Positions 10,248 to 20,078 of a stretch of 64,000 nucleotides of DNA are shown here, in pieces. Every line of letters starts with the position of its first letter. Position 1 is the first letter of the stretch. The position numbers and the translations under genes are program-made. Origin of the DNA: Chthonomonadales bacterium (lineage in GTDB: Bacteria; Armatimonadota; Chthonomonadetes; Chthonomonadales; CAJBBX01); contig JBBIPC010000002.1 in NCBI GenBank assembly GCA_037443035.1, positions 192,001-256,000 of the forward strand, read 5' to 3'. The notes beneath the pieces are model-generated. The model searched no databases and was not told where the DNA came from. It saw only the letters and a program-made list of their open reading frames with translations.

Positions 10248-11585
10248 ATGACCCGCCGGGACCTGATGCGGACCACGGCCATGATGACCGGTGCGGTTCT
10301 CATCTCGCCCGAAGTCCTGGCACGTCAATCACCGAACCAGACTCTGGGAGTGGCCGTTGTGGCAGCAGGGGGCATGGGCGGCTACGCCGTGGACATGGCC
10401 CTCACCGAGCGCCTCGTCGCACTATGCGACATTGACGAAAACGCCCTGGCAGGCGCCATGAAGAAGGTCAAGGAACGACGCCCTGATCTGCCGGAGCCCA
10501 AGACCTTCTTCGACTATCGCAAGATGCTCGACGCATGTCGCAAGGACATTGACGTGGTGCTGATCTCCACGCCAGACCATCACCACGCACCGGCAGCGAT
10601 CCGCGCCATGCAGATGGGTAAGCACGTCTTTGTGCAGAAGCCGCTGGCGTACAACATCGCGGAGTGCCGTGCACTTGCCAAGGCGGCGCGCCGCTACAAA
10701 GTCCTGACGCAGATGGGCAACCAGGGCCACTGTGGCGAAGCCATACGGCGCGCATGCGAGTACCTGTGGGATGGATGTATTGGGAACGTAACCGAGACTC
10801 ACTCCATCCTGGGCCGCAACTTCGGAGGGAGCGGCGGTCGCCCACCGTCGAAACCCGTGCCGCCAGGCGTCCACTGGGAGGAGTGGATCGGTCCGGCACC
10901 ATTCCGAGAGTATCACGACGGGCTGCATCCGTTCAGTTGGCGGTCGTGGCGCGACTTCGGCACGGGCACCATCGGCGATATGGCCTGCCATAACCTCGAC
11001 GTCCTCTTCTGGGCGCTGAAGGTCGGCGAAGCAAAGAAGATCACCGTGGAGTGTCTCAACACGACGGGTGGCAGCGAGGAGATGTGGCCACAGGACAACA
11101 TTGTCCGTTATGATGTGCCTGCGCGGGCTGGCATGCCTCCCCTGAAGGTGTACGTCTACGACCACCAGGGACTGAAGCCGCAGATCATGCTCGACACCGA
11201 GAAAGAGTGCGACGTGAAGTTCAGCGAGTGCACCCTCTTCATCGGCGAGAAGGGTAAGTTCTGGACCACGGGCACGGCTGGCCAGGCGCGCATTCTGCCG
11301 CTGGAGAAACACGCCGAGTATCCACCGCCACCCCAGACTCTCCCCAGAGCTCATGGCGGCCCCATCGAAGACCTGTTCTGGTGCATCAAGAATGGGGGCA
11401 CGCCCTGCTCCAACATTCCGGAAGCTTCAGGTCCGCTGACAGAGTTCGCGCTCCTCGGGCACCTTGCTCAGAAAGCCGGCGTGGGCCAGAAGGTGGAGTG
11501 GGATGTCGCTGCCATGAAATGCACGAACCTCCCCGAGCTGAACGCGGTCGTACGCCGCAAGTACCGCAAGGGCTGGGAAGTCTAG
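10248..11585 (+). CDS. Gfo/Idh/MocA oxidoreductase with twin-arginine-like signal
   Basis: Motifs MTRRDLMR, STPDHHH, KHVFVQKPL, QMGNQG and DFGTGTIGDMACH. Confidence 0.92.
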   Translation: MTRRDLMRTTAMMTGAVLISPEVLARQSPNQTLGVAVVAAGGMGGYAVDMALTERLVALCDIDENALAGAMKKVKERRPDLPEPKTFFDYRKMLDACRKDIDVVLISTPDHHHAPAAIRAMQMGKHVFVQKPLAYNIAECRALAKAARRYKVLTQMGNQGHCGEAIRRACEYLWDGCIGNVTETHSILGRNFGGSGGRPPSKPVPPGVHWEEWIGPAPFREYHDGLHPFSWRSWRDFGTGTIGDMACHNLDVLFWALKVGEAKKITVECLNTTGGSEEMWPQDNIVRYDVPARAGMPPLKVYVYDHQGLKPQIMLDTEKECDVKFSECTLFIGEKGKFWTTGTAGQARILPLEKHAEYPPPPQTLPRAHGGPIEDLFWCIKNGGTPCSNIPEASGPLTEFALLGHLAQKAGVGQKVEWDVAAMKCTNLPELNAVVRRKYRKGWEV

Positions 11586-11679
11586 AAGCTCCGTTCGATT
11601 GGTCCAGGGGGCCCCTCTTCGCGGAGGCAGACGAAGCTTCCGCGGAAAGGCGGCCCCTTTCCTTATCTCGGGGCTTGCG

Positions 11680-11708
11680 TTGACACAGCCGGTGGTCGTG
11701 GGTATCAT
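11680..11708 (+). promoter_or_regulatory. Putative sigma70 promoter of topA
   Basis: TTGACA-17nt-TATCAT, downstream of a GC-rich hairpin at about 11607-11660. Confidence 0.6.
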
Positions 11709-11750
11709 GCGTCGCCGTCGCCGACCATCAACATCAAAGAGCAAAGATGC

Positions 11751-14084
11751 ATGGCTACAACACTGATCATCGTCGAATCGCCAGCCAAGACCAAGACGCT
11801 GCGCAACTTCCTCGGACCAGGCTTTCGTGCAGAGGCAAGCATGGGTCATGTGCGAGACCTGCCCGAGAAGGAAATGGGCGTCGATATAGACAAAGGCTTC
11901 AAGCCCCGGTACGTCCTGATCCCTGAGCGGCGTGAGACTATCAAGAGATTACGAGAAGCGGCTGCGAAAGCTGACCGGGTGCTGCTCGCTTCGGACCCCG
12001 ACCGCGAGGGCGAGGCCATCGCCTATCACCTTGCCCACGTGCTGAAACTTTCCAACGCAGAACGCATCGAGTTCAACGAAATTACGCGACAGGCCGTGCT
12101 GGCGGCGTTGGATCACCCCCGGCCCATTGACGGCAAGCGAGTGGATGCACAGGAAGCGAGACGGATCCTCGACCGGATTGTCGGCTATCGTCTCTCACCG
12201 CTTCTCTGGAAGAAGGTCCGCAAAGGACTGAGCGCTGGGCGCGTCCAATCCGTCGTGCTCAGGCTCATCTGCGACCGAGAGCGCGAGATCCTGGCCTTCG
12301 TACCCGAAGAGTACTGGACCATCACCGCCCGCCTGACACCGCAGCCCCCGGAAGAGCCGTGGCCCTTCGAGGCGCGCCTGATCCAACGCGACCACAAGAA
12401 GGTAGCGCTGAAGAACGAGGCGGACGCCAAGGCTGTCGTCGCGGATCTCCAGGGCGCTACCTATCGCGTGGCATCAGTCAAGACGCGGGAGCAGCTTCGG
12501 AAGCCGCAGCCACCCTTCACGACGAGCACGCTCCAGCAAGAAGCAGCGCGAAAGCTGGGCTTCAGCAACAGAAAGACGATGATCGTCGCGCAGCAGTTGT
12601 ACGAGGGTGTGGATCTTGGACCAGCCGGAGCTACGGGACTGATTACGTACATGAGGTCGGACTCCGTCCGTGTGGCACCGGAGGCACAGGCACAGGCCCG
12701 CGATTACATCCATGCCCATTTCGGCGAGCGGTACCTACCCAAGTCCCCTCCGGTCTACAAGACCAAGGGAGCCTCTCAGGACGCCCACGAAGCTATTCGC
12801 CCGACCTCCGTTGCACGCGATATGGCCGCGGTCGAGCCCTACCTCGATGACGACCAGAAGAAGCTGTATCGTCTCATCTGGGAACGGTTCGTGGCGAGTC
12901 AGATGGCCCCGGCCGTTCTGGACGTGACGACCGTGGACATCGAGGCCAGTCGGTACACTTTCCGCGCCAGCGGCTCCGTCGTCAAGTTCGATGGTTACAT
13001 GCGCATCTATACCGAAGGCAAGGATACGGGCGCGGAGGCGGAGGATGATGCGTCGGACACGCGGCTGCCACCTCTCACTGCGAACCAGCTGCTCGACCTC
13101 TTGGAGTTGCTGCCGAAACAGCACTTCACAGAGCCACCTCCCCGCTACACGGAAGCGACCCTGGTCAAGACGCTTGACGAGCGTGGGATCGGACGTCCGA
13201 GTACCTGGGCTACGTTCATCGCAACCATTCTCGACCGCGGTTACGTGGTGCTCGTAGATCGGAAGTTCCGCCCGACGGACCTGGGGTTCACTGTAAACGA
13301 TCTGCTGGTGAAGCACTTTCCCACGATCATGGACCCGGACTTCACGTCCGAGATGGAGACCAAGCTCGACGAGATCGAGGAGGGGCATGCTGACAAGCTA
13401 TCCATTCTGCGGCACTTCTATGATCCATTCCAGGCAGCCGTGGACCTAGCCCACGAACAGATGCAGAGCATGAAGCCGGCCCCTGTGGAGACGGATATCA
13501 CGTGCCCAGCATGCGGCCGGAAAATGATGCTGCGCCAGTCGGATCGCGGGCCGTTTCTGGGGTGTTCCGGTTACCCTCGATGCAAGACGGTTCTCAACGC
13601 AGATGGCACGCCTATCGCCCATCCGGAGTCGGACAACGCCGCCGCTACGGACCGTACGTGCCCCAAGTGCGGCAAGCCAATGGTCGTCCGCCAGGGTCGG
13701 TACGGGCCATTCCTGGGCTGCAGCGGGTATCCGAAGTGCCGCACCGTCTTGCCCCTGGCTGGCGAGCAAGGGCCAGCAGCGCAGCCACAGCTCGAGTCGA
13801 CCGGCGTGAAATGCCCAAAGGACGGTGGAGATGTAGTCGTTCGACGCTCTAGACGCGGTGCGGTTTTCTACGGGTGTGCCAACTATCCTGAATGCGACTA
13901 CACCACGTGGCACCGGCCTACAGGCGACATGTGTCCGAAGTGTGGCTGGCCGGTCGGAGCCAAGAGCTTTCGTGGAAGAGCAACCGGCCTGATCGTCTGC
14001 ACGAATCCCGACTGCGACTATCAGGAACGACAGACAGCTCCAGCGCGTGCAGACGGTACTGTGCCGGATTCTCCGGAGGGCTGA
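11751..14084 (+). CDS. topA: DNA topoisomerase I (type IA) with C-terminal zinc ribbons
   Basis: Motifs IVESPAK, DPDREGEAIA, SAGRVQS, LITYMRSDS (catalytic Tyr) and GIGRPST, plus several CPxCG...CxxYPxC repeats. Confidence 0.98.
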   Translation: MATTLIIVESPAKTKTLRNFLGPGFRAEASMGHVRDLPEKEMGVDIDKGFKPRYVLIPERRETIKRLREAAAKADRVLLASDPDREGEAIAYHLAHVLKLSNAERIEFNEITRQAVLAALDHPRPIDGKRVDAQEARRILDRIVGYRLSPLLWKKVRKGLSAGRVQSVVLRLICDREREILAFVPEEYWTITARLTPQPPEEPWPFEARLIQRDHKKVALKNEADAKAVVADLQGATYRVASVKTREQLRKPQPPFTTSTLQQEAARKLGFSNRKTMIVAQQLYEGVDLGPAGATGLITYMRSDSVRVAPEAQAQARDYIHAHFGERYLPKSPPVYKTKGASQDAHEAIRPTSVARDMAAVEPYLDDDQKKLYRLIWERFVASQMAPAVLDVTTVDIEASRYTFRASGSVVKFDGYMRIYTEGKDTGAEAEDDASDTRLPPLTANQLLDLLELLPKQHFTEPPPRYTEATLVKTLDERGIGRPSTWATFIATILDRGYVVLVDRKFRPTDLGFTVNDLLVKHFPTIMDPDFTSEMETKLDEIEEGHADKLSILRHFYDPFQAAVDLAHEQMQSMKPAPVETDITCPACGRKMMLRQSDRGPFLGCSGYPRCKTVLNADGTPIAHPESDNAAATDRTCPKCGKPMVVRQGRYGPFLGCSGYPKCRTVLPLAGEQGPAAQPQLESTGVKCPKDGGDVVVRRSRRGAVFYGCANYPECDYTTWHRPTGDMCPKCGWPVGAKSFRGRATGLIVCTNPDCDYQERQTAPARADGTVPDSPEG

Positions 14085-15439
14085 TGGGGGACCGTCCTCT
14101 CGTTGTCGTCGTCGGGGGCGGACTGGCCGGCGTGGAATGCGCCTGGGCTGCGGCCAATCGCGGAGCTCAGGTCCTTCTCTACGAGATGCGACCAACGAAG
14201 CTCACGCCAGCTCACCATACAGGGGACCTGGCTGAGCTGGTCTGCTCCAACTCCCTGAAGTCGTCGCGGCTGGGCAACGCCTCGGGTCTCCTCAAGGAGG
14301 AGATGAGGCGACTCGGCTCGGTGACGCTTTCCGTAGCGGACACCACTGCGGTGCCGGCAGGCGAGGCCCTCGCAGTTGACCCGTCCTTGTTCGCGGCCGG
14401 TGTCACAGAGCGCATCCATGCGCATACCGAGATCACTGTGGTTCGCGAGGAGGTTCTAGAGCTCCCAAACCAGCGCCCAACCGTGCTAGCGACCGGCCCT
14501 CTGACCTCCACGGATCTAGCACTTTCTCTTCAGCAGCTTACCGGTAGGGAAGCCCTCTACTTCTATGATGCGGTTGCGCCGACGGTGACCGCTGACAGCA
14601 TCGCCATGGAGAGGGTCTATCGTGCGTCGCGCAGGGGCCGGGGCGGTACTGTCGGTGCGACTTCGGAGGATTATCTCAACTGCCCCATGACCAAGGAGGA
14701 GTATCAGGCCTTCTACCAAGCTCTAATCCAGGCAGCGCAATCCACACCCCATCTCCCCGAGGAACATAACACGACGTTCTTCGAAGGCTGCTTGCCGATC
14801 GAAGAGCTTGCCCGGCGCGGTCCTGGCACCCTTCTCTACGGGCCGATGCGTCCCATTGGGTTGCCGGATCCCCGTACTGGACGCCGCCCGTACGCGGTCG
14901 TGCAGTTGCGTCAGGAGAACAAGTCGGGCACCCTCTGGGGTCTGGTAGGGTTCCAGACACGGCTGAAGTGGTCCGAACAGCAGCGAGTCTTTCGTATGAT
15001 CCCGGGTCTGGAGGCGGCACAGTTCGTGCGCTACGGCGTCCTGCATCGGAACACGTACTTGAGGTCTCCGGAAGTGCTCGCTCCGGACCTCCAAGTGAAG
15101 GCCGAGCCGGGTATCTTCGTTGCTGGCCAGCTGAGCGGTGTCGAAGGCTACATGGAGTCGGCTGCCATGGGCATCCTAGCCGGGATCAACGCAGCGCGCC
15201 TGGCGCAGGGGCTACCCACAGTCCTTCCTCCGGCAGAAACCATGCTCGGCTCGCTCTGCCGATACCTGGTCGAGTGCTTGCCCGACAGATTCGCGCCCAT
15301 GAACGCCAATCATGGGCTGCTCCCACCTCTGACGGAGCGCGCTAAGGATCGCAAGGCTCGCGGCGATCTGTACGCCCAACGATCCTTGGCGGCTCTCCAG
15401 ACGTGGATCCGCTCGGAGCTCGGCGAGGACCGTACATAG
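14084..15439 (+). CDS. trmFO: Methylenetetrahydrofolate--tRNA-(uracil-5-)-methyltransferase TrmFO
   Basis: Motifs VVGGGLAGVECA, AELVCSNSL, FYDAVAP, VGFQTRLKW, RYGVLHRNTY and AGQLSGVEGY. Start overlaps the topA stop; topA-trmFO synteny is common. Confidence 0.96.
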   Translation: MGDRPLVVVVGGGLAGVECAWAAANRGAQVLLYEMRPTKLTPAHHTGDLAELVCSNSLKSSRLGNASGLLKEEMRRLGSVTLSVADTTAVPAGEALAVDPSLFAAGVTERIHAHTEITVVREEVLELPNQRPTVLATGPLTSTDLALSLQQLTGREALYFYDAVAPTVTADSIAMERVYRASRRGRGGTVGATSEDYLNCPMTKEEYQAFYQALIQAAQSTPHLPEEHNTTFFEGCLPIEELARRGPGTLLYGPMRPIGLPDPRTGRRPYAVVQLRQENKSGTLWGLVGFQTRLKWSEQQRVFRMIPGLEAAQFVRYGVLHRNTYLRSPEVLAPDLQVKAEPGIFVAGQLSGVEGYMESAAMGILAGINAARLAQGLPTVLPPAETMLGSLCRYLVECLPDRFAPMNANHGLLPPLTERAKDRKARGDLYAQRSLAALQTWIRSELGEDRT

Positions 15440-15446
15440 GAGTCCC

Positions 15447-16280
15447 ATGACCATGCCCGAACCCGTCCCCTCTGACATTCGCGTCATCGTGGACCGACTC
15501 GAAGGGGAGGTGAGTCTCGCTGCCCGCGACTTGCGCACAGGGCGCACGATCCTGCTGCACCCGGACCGCCAGTGCCCTACAGCCAGCGTCATCAAGCTCC
15601 CCATTCTCGTCCACACGGTGCTCCTCGCCCAGGAAGGCCATCTGTCGTTGGATGAGCCCGTCCTGTACGCCGCTGAGGAGAAGACCCCTGGTTCTGGCAT
15701 CCTGAAGGATCTGACACCGGGACTGAAGCTACCATTACGAGACCTATGCACCGTGATGATCGCCCTCTCCGACAATACGGCGACCAACCTCGTGCTCGAC
15801 AGGGTGGGCATAGAACCCGTCAACGTACGGATGCAGGCTCTGGGCTTGCGTCACACAAGGCTATTTCGTAAGGTCTTCAGCCAGGGTCCACCTGTGAGCC
15901 GACAGAACGCACGCTACGGCCTCGGTGTTACCACCCCGCGAGACATGATCCGCCTTCTTTCAGCCCTCTACTTCGGAACCATAGGTAATCGCGAAACGTC
16001 CGAGCTTGTACGCACGTTCCTCCGCACTCAGCAGGGGCGCGACGGCATCCCGAGGTATCTTCAGCCGGAATGGACGTACGAAGGAAAGGGCGGTGCCGTG
16101 AATTCGGTGCGGAATGACGTCGGCATCGTGGCCGGTCCTGACGGCCTAGCCGTCGCCCTCGCGATATTCTGCACCGACATGCCTCGGCCGCTGTGGACAG
16201 CCGACAACCCTGGCTGGATAGCAATAGGTAGGCTGGCGCACGCGATCATCCAGAACTTCCATCCGGAGTTGGCGACGTAA
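15447..16280 (+). CDS. Class A beta-lactamase-like serine hydrolase
   Basis: SxxK (ASVIK), SDN and KGG triad motifs. No signal peptide. Confidence 0.85.
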   Translation: MTMPEPVPSDIRVIVDRLEGEVSLAARDLRTGRTILLHPDRQCPTASVIKLPILVHTVLLAQEGHLSLDEPVLYAAEEKTPGSGILKDLTPGLKLPLRDLCTVMIALSDNTATNLVLDRVGIEPVNVRMQALGLRHTRLFRKVFSQGPPVSRQNARYGLGVTTPRDMIRLLSALYFGTIGNRETSELVRTFLRTQQGRDGIPRYLQPEWTYEGKGGAVNSVRNDVGIVAGPDGLAVALAIFCTDMPRPLWTADNPGWIAIGRLAHAIIQNFHPELAT

Positions 16281-16334
16281 GGCACACTCCTCCGCCCAGA
16301 CACGTCCTACGCCTGGCGGAGGTGGGGGGGGCAG

Positions 16335-16362
16335 GCGGCCTGCATCTGGAAGAGCAGGCCGC
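16335..16362. terminator. Hairpin between convergent genes
   Basis: Inverted repeat gcggcctgc...gcaggccgc between the serine hydrolase and csp stop codons. Confidence 0.5.
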
Positions 16363-16385
16363 CGTCTCATCGGGCCGCCAGCGGT

Positions 16386-16598
16386 TCAGCTAATGATCTG
16401 CACGTTAGAGGCGCGCAGTCCCTTGCCACGTGGGTCCTGTCCGACATCGAACTGGACACGCTGGCCTTCGCGGAGTTCGCGGTAGCCGGAAGCCTGAATG
16501 GCCGAGTAATGGACGAAAACGTCTTCGCCGTCGTCCTGAGCGATGAAGCCGTAGCCCTTGGTGGCATTGAACCACTTGACGGTGCCGACCTTAGACAT
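16386..16598 (-). CDS. Cold-shock protein (CspA family)
   Basis: [15 protein letters not shown] (RNP1) and DVFVHYSAI (RNP2). SD GGAGG before MSKVG. Confidence 0.96.
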   Translation of the reverse strand: MSKVGTVKWFNATKGYGFIAQDDGEDVFVHYSAIQASGYRELREGQRVQFDVGQDPRGKGLRASNVQIIS

Positions 16599-16725
16599 TG
16601 CGGAGCAACCTCCATACTGATTACATAGCATTTACGACAAGGCCAGGAGGCTCCGACAAGAAGTCTTCGTCTTTGCGCACTCGTCTTGGATGCTGATGCC
16701 GCGTTGTTCCCTTCGGGAACGCGCA

Positions 16726-16754
16726 AGTATAACACAACGCGCAGAGCAGCGCAA
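16726..16754 (-). promoter_or_regulatory. Putative csp promoter
   Basis: Minus strand TTGCGC-17nt-TATACT with extended TG, giving a 5' UTR of about 120 nt. Confidence 0.6.
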
Positions 16755-16836
16755 GCGAAATGGAAAGAATCTCCTCTGCGTTCGCCCAGAGAGCATCGAA
16801 TGTAGTGCTGGACCGGCAGGATACTCCGGCATCCGC

Positions 16837-18243
16837 TCAAACCCGCGTTATCTCCCAGCCTAGGTAGTCCTCTAGAGCCTCCGTGAGCGGTTGCGCGACG
16901 TGATCCTCCGTCAGGCTTACATGGTGCCGGTGGCCTTGCTTGCCGATGGTGACGAGAACGTCCTGCAGGTCCTCCTTCTCCAGCACCCCAGCACAGCCAA
17001 AGAACTCGCTCGGGATCTCGTCGTCGGTAATCCGTCCCTCACCAATGTAGGCGCAGAGGCAGCCCGAATCCGTCATGAGACCACCGAACGTCACGGGCAT
17101 GGGCTTGATGCGCCCCTGATTGCATCCCCAACCGCACCCAGGTCCTGTGGCGTTAGCGAGTATGAAGTGATCCGTGACGACACCCTTGCCGCGCATGAGG
17201 CTTTGCGGCACGGGCCCACAGTGGAAGAGGATGCACTGCTCTTCATCCTCGCCGTAGTTGTTGTTCCAGTCCAGACATGCGGAAGCGTGGCCGGAAGCCA
17301 GGCTCAACGCACGCATGGCGATCGCGTTGCCAACGTCCACTTCGCATGCGGCGGCAATGCCCCGGTCGTTCAGATCGCTCAGCAGGACGCATGGCGAGAT
17401 CCCGAGCTGCTTCTGGAGTTCCAGCCAGCACCGGATTGCCAGGGCGTCCAGGCGCATCTCCTCGATGATGCGGTCCAGAACAACACCGAGCTTGGTGATC
17501 GTTGTGAAAGCGGCAGGCGGTGTGTCGCCCCATGTCGTATGGGCCAGGAGATCCGCTGCCTTCTCCTTCACTTCGGGGGCATCGTCTCCAAGATCTCGCA
17601 CCCGCGCGATGACATCGGCCATGTCCACGGTCTCTACCGTAATCCCGTGCCGCTGCAAGGCCAGTTCGTCAATGCGCACCGTCTTGAATGGGGTTGTTCG
17701 TGCGCCGATGGCTCCTACATTCATCTCGCGGATACCGTTGACAACACGGCACAGCCGATCGAAGTGGTCCACATTCTGGGCGAAAGCGCTGGACGATGGA
17801 TGGACCACATGGGGTTTCAGGGCGGTGAACCGCACTCCGTACTGCGAGAAGACGTCCATGATGGAGAACTTCCCACAGAACGCGTCGCGGCGGGTTGACG
17901 GTGCCATGCGGTGGAGCTCATCCGGATAAGCCTGGATCAGGATGGGCACTCCTGCGTCCTTCAGCGCCGCCACAGCGCCAGTCTCATCTCCGAAGTTCGG
18001 CAGGCAGAGGATGACCCCGCCATACTTCCCGCGGTTCGCCCGGAGAAACTCGGCGTACACTGCCCCCTCGGCGGGCGTCTCCACGGCGCCATGCCGGGTG
18101 GCGCCTCCGTCCAGGAGCAGTACCTCATGACCCAGTGCGCGGAGCGTGTCCGCCATTTCTCGCCGTGCTTCCGCGATGAGGGAAGCTGGGAAGAATCCTC
18201 TGTTCCCGAAGAACAGAGCGAAGGTTGTCTTCTTCTGTTGCAT
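16837..18243 (-). CDS. L-fucose/L-arabinose isomerase-family protein
   Basis: Motifs NRGFFP, LPNFGDE, RDAFCGK, CEVD, DWNNN, FHCGP and GHRHH. Confidence 0.85.
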   Translation of the reverse strand: MQQKKTTFALFFGNRGFFPASLIAEARREMADTLRALGHEVLLLDGGATRHGAVETPAEGAVYAEFLRANRGKYGGVILCLPNFGDETGAVAALKDAGVPILIQAYPDELHRMAPSTRRDAFCGKFSIMDVFSQYGVRFTALKPHVVHPSSSAFAQNVDHFDRLCRVVNGIREMNVGAIGARTTPFKTVRIDELALQRHGITVETVDMADVIARVRDLGDDAPEVKEKAADLLAHTTWGDTPPAAFTTITKLGVVLDRIIEEMRLDALAIRCWLELQKQLGISPCVLLSDLNDRGIAAACEVDVGNAIAMRALSLASGHASACLDWNNNYGEDEEQCILFHCGPVPQSLMRGKGVVTDHFILANATGPGCGWGCNQGRIKPMPVTFGGLMTDSGCLCAYIGEGRITDDEIPSEFFGCAGVLEKEDLQDVLVTIGKQGHRHHVSLTEDHVAQPLTEALEDYLGWEITRV

Positions 18244-18263
18244 GGCCGATTACCTCTCGTGTA

Positions 18264-19172
18264 TCAGACGGTCGCCAGCAGCCGCTGGGCCGATCCTCCG
18301 ATTTCCAGTTCATCCAGTACGGTTGTGACGGTAGCTCTGTAGACTGCCTGCTGGGCGACGGCGACGGATACCTGCTTCGCCTGCTCGTACGCTTGCCGCA
18401 GGGCCGTGCCCACGTTGATTTTCGCAATGCCGTTCTGCATCCCTGCCTGAAGCGACTCCCGCGCAATGCCACTCCCACCGTGGAGAACCAGCGGGATGCC
18501 GGTAGCCTCAGCGAGCGCCTGCAGACGAGGGATGCTCAGCCGAGCCCGGGGCTTCTTGGCGCTCTTCGCCGCGCCCGAGATAGCGCCATGAATGTTACCA
18601 ATGGCCACGGAAAGCCAGTCCACCCCTGTCTCCGCGACAAAGCGTCTGGCTTCGGCGACGTCGGTGAAACCTCGGCCGGACGTAAAGAGCTCTTCGTAAT
18701 CCGGCAGGGGGCCTGTCTCGTGTCCGAGGACCGCGCCTAATTCTGCCTCCGCCGGCACGCCTGCAGCATGCGCCGCTTCGACCACGCGCCGTGTGGCGGC
18801 GATGTTCTCTTCCAACGGTAGCCGCGAGCCGTCTACCATGACCGAGTCATAGCCAAGGTAAAGGGCCTCTTCAATGATGGGCATGAAGTCCACCGTCACG
18901 TGATCCTCGTCAATGACGGGAGTGTGGTCCAGATGTAGTCGGGTGAAGCGCTCGTCCTTGACGCGTTCGTACTCCTCCCGAACGGCTCGGAGACCGCCCG
19001 CAGCGAACTTCTCCCACTCCAACCGCGCCACGGCAACGAAGCCGAACGTTCTCGTGTCCCTGAGGGCACTGACGATGGGCTCCATCATCGGAAGATAGGG
19101 AACGTTGAACGAGGGCACCGCGATTCCTAGCTCGCGGGCCCGATTTACCAAGATCTTGCTGCTGGGTTGCAT
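18264..19172 (-). CDS. Class II fructose/tagatose-bisphosphate aldolase
   Basis: Motifs LHLDH, SVMVDGS, EAELG, AIGNIHG, LVLHGGSG and KINVGT. Confidence 0.93.
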   Translation of the reverse strand: MQPSSKILVNRARELGIAVPSFNVPYLPMMEPIVSALRDTRTFGFVAVARLEWEKFAAGGLRAVREEYERVKDERFTRLHLDHTPVIDEDHVTVDFMPIIEEALYLGYDSVMVDGSRLPLEENIAATRRVVEAAHAAGVPAEAELGAVLGHETGPLPDYEELFTSGRGFTDVAEARRFVAETGVDWLSVAIGNIHGAISGAAKSAKKPRARLSIPRLQALAEATGIPLVLHGGSGIARESLQAGMQNGIAKINVGTALRQAYEQAKQVSVAVAQQAVYRATVTTVLDELEIGGSAQRLLATV

Positions 19173-19212
19173 GGATGCTGGATGCTGTCCTTTCCTAGGT
19201 AGCTATCTCATG

Positions 19213-19953
19213 TCACCGGCGCCTGACGCCGACAAACGCGTCCTGGGTTCTGTGCCGCGACCTCCCGTCCTGCAGGATGACGTGTTCCGACGTGAAGCCT
19301 ACCTCCATGAGAAGCTGGAGCCATACGTCCCGACTGAACAAGCCGAATATATGCGTCTCTTCGGCGGACCACACAGCCCCAGTCTTCGTCAGCAGATAGA
19401 CGAATCGGCTTGCGTAGTTCTCGCCAGTGTCCTCCAACCGCCCCGTACAGCGATGGAACCGCACCCTCTCATCACCCCACACGGCACTGCCGCTATACTC
19501 GTTTTCGGCAAACGTTTCTGCAGTGTACTCCGGAACGAAGACACCGACGCCTCCAGGCGCTGTGTGCTCGTAAGCCGTCGAGAGGGCAGCCTGCAGATCG
19601 GCGCGCGTAGCCATGTAGCTGATGGCGTCTTCGGCGATGACCGCGACGAACTGCCGACCGAGGCGAAGGGCACGCATGTCACCGAGGACGTGCTCGCATT
19701 CCGGGTTCATCCTTGCCGATACAGCTAGCATCTCCAAGGAGACGTCGGTCACTGTCACGCGGTACTTGCGGCTCAGATGATGCACCAGGCATCCGCCACC
19801 GGCACCAAGCGCGAGCACCGTGCGCCCTCGGATCTGCTTGCAGCGGCGGATAACGTCCGCGACGCGGTTGGCGATCCAGACGTAACGGTCTGGCGGTGAG
19901 AGCAGGGGCCACCACGGAGCAAGTTGGCTGTACAGGATGAGAGTTTGTGCCAT
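19213..19953 (-). CDS. Class I SAM-dependent methyltransferase
   Basis: Motif I VLALGAGGG, plus DVSLEML, GDMRALRLGRQF and DAISY. Confidence 0.85.
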   Translation of the reverse strand: MAQTLILYSQLAPWWPLLSPPDRYVWIANRVADVIRRCKQIRGRTVLALGAGGGCLVHHLSRKYRVTVTDVSLEMLAVSARMNPECEHVLGDMRALRLGRQFVAVIAEDAISYMATRADLQAALSTAYEHTAPGGVGVFVPEYTAETFAENEYSGSAVWGDERVRFHRCTGRLEDTGENYASRFVYLLTKTGAVWSAEETHIFGLFSRDVWLQLLMEVGFTSEHVILQDGRSRHRTQDAFVGVRRR

Positions 19954-20078
19954 TCCTGCAACTGATCGTTCGCTAGCGCCCTTGTTGAGACAGTGTTACC
20001 GTACAGAGCCGAGGGCGTCTGTGAATACAGCAAGATCCCGCTGCGTCCGAACGCGGTGGCCTCCTGAGGAATACCGAG

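Noticed and set aside
13892..14083. N-terminal extensions in the ORF track (trmFO from 13892, also echE, echD, echB, permease 42108, beta-helix 44027, GH144 53599, pilin 54468)
   Set aside because: They overlap neighbouring genes. Downstream starts with SD or ATGA coupling match the family N-termini.
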